Source of the DNA: Eledone cirrhosa
Lineage: Eukaryota
NCBI GenBank assembly: GCA_964016885.1
Contig: OZ024740.1
Coordinates: 139,252,001 to 139,316,000 of the forward strand
Direction of reading: 5' to 3'
Length of the DNA stretch: 64,000 bases
The first letter of the stretch is position 1. Each line of letters opens with the position of its first letter. Shown one piece after another: positions 54,331 through 64,000 of the stretch. A model generated the notes under the pieces. That model was given only the letters and a program-made list of their open reading frames with translations, was not told where the DNA came from and made no database searches. Made by a program: the position numbers and the translations under genes.

Positions 54331-55054
54331 CTCCACCCCTATTACTTTAGCATTGATCCTCTGACCACTTCCTGTTGCGCGCGCACCCCACATCTCTCCA
54401 CTTCCTCACTACCACACCAGGATTTTACACCACCGGTCATCGTTCCAGCCATCCATCCTACGACACGTGGAAATACCTTAGGTACATACACACCAACAAA
54501 CACATTATTTTCGAACCATGCCACCCACATCCACACCACATATAAACACAAACACACACGTGCGTATCCTCACATACACACACTCAGCCTCCGGACTCCA
54601 TACGCCCCCTCTCTCCCACCCCTCTGACCACTCTCTATCCACACGCACGGACACACCGACTTACACCCCACCCCATGTACACACCGGTTTTCCTTTTACC
54701 TGAACATGGAACCACGTTCTTCCCCCAACTCTCACATTCACATAAACACACACACACACACACACACTCACGTATACCTACACACATACAATAACACCAC
54801 CTTCAGCCTTCCCTGCTCGGACCCCCTCTCTCCTCTCCACCCCATCCACCCACCACCGCCCTTACACGCCTCACACCCTTTCACCACTTGTTTATTTTTA
54901 TTTTTATTTTTATTTTTATTTTTATTTTTTTTTAAATTTCCTTTACTCTCTAAAATAATGTTTTTCCCTCCCTTTTTTCCACCCCTCTTTTAAAAAATGT
55001 CTTTCCACCACTCTCCTACACACCCTCCGAACTCTCTTGCTACCCACCTTTCTC

Positions 55055-55082
55055 CTGATGAAGGGCTTATGCCCGAAACGTC
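55055..55082 (+). ncRNA. Minimal PLE-type hammerhead core
   Basis: CTGATGA-A-GGGC-TTAT-GCCC-GAAA-CG-TC. Stem I pairs poorly in this copy. Confidence 0.65.
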
Positions 55083-55178
55083 GCCCCACCCCTCACTCTC
55101 AAGCGTGAAACTAATAATAATATCATTTGTACCGCCTCTTCGTTTTTCTGTTTTTTGTTCTCTGTTTACTTTTTAAAA

Positions 55179-55222
<44 letters not shown>

Positions 55223-55604
55223 CATAAGTTGGTTGATTGTTACTTAAAATTTTCGCCGAGGGCAGCTTAAGAAAATGGATTTTAAAAGTGTGAATTTAAC
55301 GTAGAAATATAAGTTAAAGTTATAAGAGGTGGATGGGTTTGGATGAAAAGAAAAGGTGTTGAGATATGTGTAAGGTTTTAAAGTCAAATGACAATGATGA
55401 GATTATGAAATTTCCAATATATATATAATAAATCGAGCATGCCGCCTTTTAGGGTATGAATATTTGACATAGAGGATAGAAACATGACGTTAGTAATGTA
55501 CGAACCTTACTTTATTTTAAAAGCCGACAATTCTTTTAGCGACAGATGGTATAGAAATCATTGTCAGTCCTGAAATAGATTCAAGCTCATTACAGAACTA
55601 AATG

Positions 55605-56235
55605 ACAAACAACAGTAATAACAACAAAGATGACGACGACGACGACCACAACAACAACGACAGTGATAACAACGATGATGATGATAACAATAACTACGTC
55701 GACAACGATAAAAATAACAACAACAATAATAACGACGATAACGACGAGAACGATGACAACAACAATATTAACGACGATGACGACGACGACAACGATGACA
55801 ACAATAATAATTGTTTCTACTTTTGGCTCAAGGCCAGCAATTAACCAGTACATTACTGGTACTTTATTTTATCGACCCCGTAAGGATGAAAGGCAAAGTT
55901 AACCTCGGCGGGATTTGAACTCAGACCATAAAGGGCGGTAACTCGTTGCTGCAAAGCATGGCGTCTGACCCTCTACCGATACTGCCAATCCACCACCAAT
56001 AATAATAACGACGATGACGACGACGACAACGATGACAACAATAATAATAACGACTATGACGACAATAGAAATGACAACAACAATAATACCAACGATGACT
56101 AGCGATGACAACATTAACAACAACAACGATGACGACAATAAAAAATGACAACAACAATAATAACGACGATGACGACGATAACGATGACGACAATAACAAC
56201 AACGACGATAAAGGCAATAACAACAACGACAACTA
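55605..56235. repeat. Mixed (AAC/GAC/GAT/AAT)n trinucleotide field interrupted by a SINE
   Basis: Direct reading. Confidence 0.9.
55809..55997 (-). mobile_element. Family A SINE
   Basis: Full diagnostic motifs on the minus strand. Confidence 0.9.
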
Positions 56236-56829
56236 CAGCGAGCAACTAAACATTAATTAGGTTGTCTCACAGTTTGTAATTAATTTATCACCGTTGTCAC
56301 GTGAGCTAATGACATACGACAGTATTGTAGCAACAACGAAAATATAACAAAGAAAAGAGAATTTAAATACAAGAAAAATTGAGACATAACATAAATAAAG
56401 TCAAGATAAAATAAAGTGGGAAAACTACGTAGACGGCAACAGTTACTGTTGAAAAACTTAGTTTGTAATAGATGGCTTATCTAACTAAAGAACGAAACTA
56501 ATGTCAGCTGAGAATCTCAAGAATTTGAGCTGGTAGTCTAACTTGACAGTTGTCTATTGAATTCTACTTAGTTTCATGTAATATACACAAACACATACAC
56601 ACACATACGCATGCACACACGCACGTGCGCGCACCCACGCCTGCTCACACACGCACACACTCAAACGCCCCCCACCCCCTCACCCACAGACCCCCACCCC
56701 ACCACCACATACACACGCACACACACATATATGTATATAAAAGTTATATCTGTATAAATACAGAGTGTGTAACCGAGACTGCACCAACGCGTATAAATAT
56801 ATACACATCTAATATGTAAACATGCCAGA

Positions 56830-56894
<65 letters not shown>

Positions 56895-57039
56895 CGTGTG
56901 TGTGTGTATATGTGTGTATCTGGGTGTGTGTCTATGTGTTTGTGCTAGTGTGGGTATGTCTGTGTATAAGCGGGTGTTAATAGTTGAAGAGTATATGAAG
57001 GCATATACGATATGTTTATATATGATAAACATATGTAAA

Positions 57040-57545
57040 TCTCACTATAAATGTTTTAAGCGATGCTCATCTCACAGTTACTTCAGTAGCTGCGTGAGTG
57101 CGCCAAACACTAATGTTTCAGGATTTTTATCCATCATCAGTGACGTTAATTTATTTACTACTGATATTTAGAATAAGCTATAGTTTATATATTTTTGCGT
57201 ATATAACACCGGCTGAAGAAATTAATTTACATATAGTGCGTGCTTGACTAGCTGGGATTAAATAGTAGCAGAACTAACATAGCGTGATAGAGGTATGTGT
57301 GATATGTTTGTGCATAATAAATATATAAGTCCCACTATAAATGATTTTAACTGTGATCATCTCACCCTTGTCTCAGTGGCTGTGTCAGAACGTCAGAAAT
57401 CTAGTGTTTCAGGATTTTTATCCATCATCTGTGACGTTCATTCACTCGATACTGAGATAAGCTATAGATTATATATATATATTTAGTATGTAATATCTGC
57501 TGGATATTTACATATAGTGTGTGCTTGACTAGTTGGGTGTAATTA
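57040..57545 (+). repeat. Diverged tandem duplication, ~290-bp unit
   Basis: CACTATAAATG, TGTTTCAGGATTTTTATCCATCATC.GTGACGTT and TTTACATATAGTG.GTGCTTGACTAG each occur twice, ~290 bp apart. Confidence 0.75.
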
Positions 57546-58184
57546 GTTTAAAACACTCAGAGGGAGACCTATGTATGGGTGTAGCTGATGTTTTAAAATG
57601 CATTTAATTTACAATCTTTAAAAATTCCAGTAAAATTGGTCCCTGCTAACATACTTAAACAAAAATATAATTTAATCATCAAATTTAAGAATTCGTAAAT
57701 TATAATTTACAAACATCAAACGTTCTCAAATTTCAGAACTGAGCTGATTTCTTGCAGGCTTGACATAGTTATCATAAATTGTGAAATATTATAATATACT
57801 AGACCACCCGTGACCCGTTGGGTCACGTTCACTTGAAAATACTTTTATAAAATCATGTTCACTTAAAAATAATTTTTAAATAATCAAAATATACACAGGC
57901 ATCTTAACTATAATAAAGAAAGGAGTGCGGGACTGCATCCAGAATATTTTTTTTATCCCTTTTGTAAAATAAGTTGGATTACTTTAAATAAATAATGAAT
58001 GAATATTACATAATTTATCCACTAAATTTCGTTATTCTTGATTAAATATAAATAATGCTATTACTTATTTTAAGATTCACTTCTTTAAAATGTTCAAATG
58101 TCAACATTTCCGGTTAGCAATTGCTTATGAAAACATCACATATATTTCCGCCACGAATTTTCTCCTAATGCAGTTTATATATAA

Positions 58185-58814
58185 CTAGCAGATGTACCCG
58201 GCGTTGCTCGGGAAATGAACGACAACCTGTTTGTCCGTATAAAGAGAGCCAAAGGTTGAGCAAAGAATTGAAATGTAATTGTAAAAAAAAGTTTAACAAA
58301 ATGGGTGTACAGTGACATGATTGAGTGAAATAAGCGGCAACATAAAAACAATTCATGGGGTAGCTTGAGTTAATTGACGTGAATCATTTCAGGTCCGGCC
58401 TTGCTGTAGTAGGTATGAGTAAGGGGATAAAGATGGAATAGACGCACCGTATGTCCTTCAGTAGACTTAACCCTATGCGTAAGATGGCGCTGCCACTACC
58501 ACGTTGACCATCCACTGGACATAGAAATATCATTCCTTGAAGCAAATCGGCCTAGTACTTCAAAAGTTAAAAGGAGCCTAGTATTTGTACACAGACAGAT
58601 GCACACACAAAATCGATTTTTCGGCCCCAATATCGATTTTTTTCAAATTTGTTTTAAGTCCAAAACCTGCTCTGGTATATAAGCAATACATGTGCCATTT
58701 TTTGGTTGAAATCGGCCTAGTACTTCAAAAGTTAAAAGGAGCCTAGTATTTGTACACAGACAGACACACAGACAGACACACACACACAGACCGACTTGCT
58801 TTTATATATATAGA
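58185..58814 (-). mobile_element. Non-autonomous Helitron
   Basis: Left end A|CTAGCAGATGTACCCGGCGTTGCTCGGG, right end ...TTTTATATATATAGA. Internal direct duplication at 58544-58599 and 58709-58764. Confidence 0.75.
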
Positions 58815-59581
58815 CTAGCAGAAAACCACCCGGTGGGCGGTTTTCTGCTAGCAAATCTAGTGTATATACTGATATTGTTGAGATTTGGATGAGAAATGTT
58901 TTCGGCACCACATGTTCACCGTCTCTCGGTGTGTCTTTTATGCATGTATAAATATATATGTTATCTATACGGTGAAATCTTTGAAATAAATATATGTTAA
59001 AACGAAAAAGGAGAAAAAGAGATTAGTGACGGAAATATAAACGTTATGATACATAAACGTTATGATATAACGATGGAAATATATCTTCAAATGGTCCTTG
59101 GCATAGTGTCAAGTCAGAACCGCCTCGAACTGGTTACTTCTGGCTTGTGCAAGGTGTCTCTATAGCAACCAGCGATTCCCTCGGCCTTAGCGACCAAAGT
59201 CAGTGGAGAGGGGAAGGTAATGTTTCTATAGCGACAGTGTTTCTCTTGGTAGTACCAAAGTGGAGAAAGGAAGGGGAAGGTAATATTTCTGTAGCACCTA
59301 CATTTGAGTTTTAGGGAAGGACAGACAGACAGACAGACAAACAGAGAAATGCCCATATATTTCTCTGTGTGTATATATATATTACACACACAGAAATGTA
59401 TATATATTTCTGTGTGTGTATATATATATTACACACACAGAAATGTATATATATTTCTGTGTGTATATATATATATTACACACACAGAAATGTATATATA
59501 TTTCTTAGAACAAAATTATTATTAATGTTTTGCTGTTCATAACAATTGGAATTGAAAAATTACTTTTGAAATTATTAGTTA

Positions 59582-60471
59582 CTAGCAGTAAAGCCCGGCG
59601 TTGCTCGGGGTCGCTCAGTAGCTGTGTTAAAGTTACAATGTTAAGTTTCTTTCTTGGCTTAAAAACTGTAGTGTCTACTGTGCAGACTTGCATGTGGTGT
59701 TTTTGATTAATATTCCCTCAACCAACAATATGCCTTATGAAGTTAAGAAAACATAACGATAACCCGAATGTTATAACAAAAGAGGATGCTGGGGATAGAA
59801 ACTGCACTGGTTATTTATTAACAAAGATCGAAAATGTAAACACTGCAACGCAGAGAAAAACATTAGCGTAACCAAATTATCAGTTATGTCTGTCTGCACG
59901 CCTATATCACCTCTCTGCACGACTGTCTGTCTGCACGCCTATATCACCTCTCTGCACGACTGTCTGTCTGCACGCCTATATCACCTCTCTGCACGACCGT
60001 CTGTCTGCACGCCTATATCACCTCTCTGCACGACTGTCTGTCTGCACGACTGTCTGTCTGCACGCCTAACGACGAAATATTTGCTTGTTTTACGTAGTCT
60101 TTAAATAGACTTGTTTTCAAGTAAAAATATTGTTTTAAAATGCATTTAAATGGAAATGAAGCAAAACGGAAGCTTTGTGTTCGAACTGATGAATTTTGCA
60201 GGTCAATATTTTGCTGGCTCGTAATTTTTTACGTAAGACGCTCAATGTAAACAGAACAAAGGGAAATAACTGATAACTTACGCTCAAAAATCGATACATT
60301 ATATTCGATTTCGTCACATAGGGTGGGTCAATTTGAAATTTTTTTTTCCGATATCTTCGCTAGGGCTCAATGTACAAGTATAGCAATTTCGGTGCAATTC
60401 CGTGAGAGATTCTAAGAGGAGATGTGTGCCAAAAATCGATAGACAGACAACCACAGTTTTATATATATAGA
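59582..60471 (-). mobile_element. Non-autonomous Helitron, near-identical to 21068-21901
   Basis: Same termini and body. Carries four copies of a 37-bp unit at ~59888-60035. Confidence 0.85.
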
Positions 60472-60516
60472 TTTTACTAATGCTTAGATATGTAAAAATG
60501 AAGCAATGTTTCTAAT

Positions 60517-60706
60517 AATTGTTTCTACTTTTGGCACAAGGCCAGCAATTATCCAGTACATTACTGGTACTTTATTTTATCGACCCCGTGAGGATGAAAG
60601 GCAAAGTTAACCTCGGCGGTATTTGAACTCAGACCGTAAATGGACGTAACTCCATGCTATGAAGCATGGTGTCCGACTCTCTACAGATTCTGCCAATCCA
60701 CCGCCC
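60517..60706 (-). mobile_element. Family A SINE
   Basis: Full diagnostic motifs on the minus strand. Confidence 0.9.
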
Positions 60707-61238
60707 TAATGTCTGTACGTGATGAGGGAGTGAGAGGGGAGAGAAAGAAAGGCAGAGGTGAAGTGACTCTCTCCTCCTCCTCCTCCCCCTCCGCCTCCAT
60801 CTCGCCATTCGTCACAGCGATAGAGGGGAGGAATGTTAGTGTGTTACAAAGAGAAAGAGTGAGAGTGAGAGAAACAGACAGACTAAAAGAGAGGGATAGC
60901 TGGAGAAAGAGAGAGAGATAGCAACCACGCGCGCACGTGTTTCCACTGTCGGACAGACAGACAGAGAAATTGCTGGTTATATATTATAAGGAGATATCGA
61001 CTTTTTTAATGTATCATGTATTACGTTACTGATTACATAAGACAGTTACTGATTACATAATGCAGTCTTCGTTCAATGTTTGTGTATATTGTCAAATACG
61101 ATATTATTTGAGGTATCATATTTATATGTATATATATTTGCGTATAATATCAATATACACACTACACATGCTAGCAGAAAACCACACGAAGGGTGGTTTT
61201 TCTGCTAATGTATATAATGTGAAATGAAACTGGAAGGC

Positions 61239-61290
<52 letters not shown>

Positions 61291-62571
61291 GTGTGTATGT
61301 ATATATATAAATGTGTGTGTGTATATACATATATATGTATGTGTGTGTGTATATATGTGGGTGTCTGTGATCTATATACACTGGTCATAGACACCTCACA
61401 CACATACACACACACACACATATATATATATGAGCGTGTGTGTATATATATATGTGTGTGTATATATATATGTGTGTGTATATATATATATGTGTGTATA
61501 TATATATATATATACACACAAACACTCACATATATATATATACACAACAATACCACCAGCTCTCTCTCTTCCATTCTCCTTCTCTGTCTCCTCTCCCTCT
61601 CTCTATTCTCTCTTTCAATCTACTCTCTCACAACCACTATCTCTTTCTCTCTATCCTTCTCTCTCTCTGTTTATGAAGGTACCCAGAAAACCCCATATCT
61701 CGGGAGCCCGTGCTTCGATTTACGCGAAACTTGTTTTATTCAATAACGATCAATACTTAACCCCCCCCCCCCCCTACTAGCGTTGAACGGTCATAAAACA
61801 ACAATATGAATGTCCATCTAACAACGTCGGTACTCACACAACCATACCAACATGCGCACGCGCACACGTATATAAACACCCAATTTAAAACAAAGGCACA
61901 AACCCGCACACACATAGACTCATGAAAATATGTATATATAGATACGAGTAACCCTGCTTATGCTTACATAGGTCCGCATACATGAAAACAAAAATAGGGC
62001 CGATGTTTATATATATTCATCACCTCACAAATCACAAGTCCTGTATATTTTATTAAATCGCTTACGTGACCCTGAGCCAATCCTCTGCGAAGCGCCCGTA
62101 ACAGGTCGATACACACAAAAAAAAAACTAACTACATGTAAAAAAAATTCATTGTTTTTCTTAATATATGTGTATAGTCACAGTTGTATACATTTTTCTCC
62201 ATATATGCCCGTGTCTCCCAATCCTTTCACTACCAAGGACCTTTTTATTTAAATGAATTTTTCCTCGCCAGATTATTATATATTGAGAAGAATGAATATC
62301 CAGTACTCTGTGTATATTAATGTGTTTAACAAAGTGGTAGATATTTTGAAATTACTCGCAGGACCCCAGTACTATGTTAACGCACGCCGGCGTGGGAACC
62401 AGTAACGTATAATAACAAAATACAATATATCCCATACCATTTTTTTTTACTTGGAAAATGGGTGTTAAACTGATTTTTCTTTTAATGTTACTTCACTCGT
62501 ATATTTCTAACTTGCATTGTAATGACGTTCCCAACACAACTTCTACCAACACACACACCCGCGCGCACGCA

Positions 62572-62668
<97 letters not shown>

Positions 62669-62723
62669 GTGTATGTATGTGTGTGTGTGTAAGAAGTACT
62701 ATGCAACATGGAAAAAGGACTTT

Positions 62724-62787
<64 letters not shown>

Positions 62788-63005
62788 TAGTTTGCATGTG
62801 TGTATAATTGCATGTTTTTCTATCTGTATGTCTGTGAGTGATTGTATGAATTACTTTTAGTATATTTACTGTTTGTACTTGAATGACTTAGAAAGTATTA
62901 TTGTTTCCACAAATGGAATGTATTACTAAAATAAAGCCATTTAATCAAACTTGCAAACTTAATTTTCAATGTTTACTCGTGATTGGGAGCATTATAATAA
63001 TAAAT

Positions 63006-63190
63006 GAAAGCGCGTGAGTTAGTGGTTAGCGATTTGAATTCTCAGGTTGCGAGTTCGACCTCAAGACCGGGTGATGCGCAAGACATTTTATTTCCCGTTG
63101 CTCTTTCTGTCAGAAGTTGTGACCATTAGATTGAATCAGCAATGAAAAGACCACTAGAATCGTTGTTTCCTTCGTCCGATATGACGAGTT
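63006..63190 (+). mobile_element. CORE-like SINE, family B (degenerate)
   Basis: B box GAGTTCGACC and GCAAGACATTTTATTTCCCGTTGCTC. Homologous to 43095-43305. Confidence 0.55.
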
Positions 63191-63414
63191 CCACCCCATT
63201 AAGTAAGCAAATTCTTAATATTTTTTGATATTATAATTATAGATTATGAAGAGGCAAGGCTGTGTAATGAAAGTGTTGGCATCACAACCACAAAGTTGTG
63301 GGTTCAGTCTCGCTGCGCTAAACCGTCGGCAATTGTTTTTGTTTTTATTATAGTCTCTATTTCACCAATGTCATATAAGTGGAATTTGGTATACAGAAAC
63401 TGCAGAATCCCGTC

Positions 63415-63454
<40 letters not shown>

Positions 63455-63615
63455 CAGTTCATGTTTATTTTCATCTCCTTTTTTCCGCTAACTCCCCCCT
63501 CACTCTCCTGATGAATCACTTATGCCCGAAATGTCGCACCCACCCCCACTCTCACTAAGCGTGAATACTATTTGTAACTTGTACGCCTGCGTTGTTGTTT
63601 TTAGTATTCCGATAT
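63455..63615 (+). mobile_element. Solo pLTR fragment related to 55040-55183 with decayed HHR (63508-63535)
   Basis: CTCCTGATGAATCACTTATGCCCGAAATGTCG...CACTCTCACTAAGCGTGAA. Flanked by (TA)n. Confidence 0.65.
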
Positions 63616-63617
63616 AA

Positions 63618-63677
<60 letters not shown>

Positions 63678-63878
63678 GTATGTGTTGCAGAAGACAAGTT
63701 GCTAATACGTAATTGTTACTTCTTGATGATAACAGGTTCGAGCAATCCAAAAGCACTTCACATCTGTAGTTTATCCCAGCTAAGAGTGGGTTAGGGTTAG
63801 GAGTGACGGAGTATTCATTTATCAAATAAGAGTAGAACAATTATGGTGGAATAATCCCTTCTTAACTACTCCTATTTG

Positions 63879-63941
<63 letters not shown>

Positions 63942-64000
63942 AAGAGAGAGAGAGAGAGATAGAGAGGGATATATATATACATAAAGATATATATATATAT

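Larger units (their letters stand above)
51839..55183 (+). mobile_element. Penelope-like element (Neptune-like) with partial 5' pLTR, decayed ORF and 3' pLTR
   Basis: Direct pLTR copies at 51839-52152 (SINE-interrupted) and ~55040-55183. Each has a CT(G/A)ATGA-AGGGCTTATGCCC-GAAA-CGTC HHR core. Flanked by (TA)n. Confidence 0.85.

Noticed and set aside
59888-60065. 37-bp repeat array resembling a CRISPR array
   Set aside because: The units are contiguous with no unique spacers, lie inside a Helitron, and there are no cas genes in this eukaryotic context.

Overview
AT-rich, microsatellite-saturated eukaryotic DNA. The SINE, Helitron and microsatellite content suggests a mollusc, probably an octopus-like cephalopod (inference). 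No host protein-coding gene is recognisable, and nearly all ORFs in the track are translations of (TA)n, (CA)n, (GTCATC)n or (AAC)n repeats. The window holds: two Penelope-like retroelements (PLEs), one with RT thumb plus GIY-YIG endonuclease at 12.3-13.6 kb and one decayed RT at 52.5-55.2 kb; decayed non-LTR retrotransposons (L1/Tx1-like, R4/Dong-like, CRE-like); about 15 copies of a tRNA-derived SINE; several CORE-like SINEs; non-autonomous Helitrons; and tiny MITEs. The most striking signal is a dense set of short non-coding insertions in (TA)n tracts. They share one architecture, (TA)n - inverted arm - direct arm - unique tail - (TA)n, and most carry a type I hammerhead ribozyme (HHR) motif. 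More than a dozen HHR-like cores from several sequence families occur, including forms with self-complementary stem III and unusually long stem II insertions. All calls come from reading the sequence by eye; no searches or folding were run.
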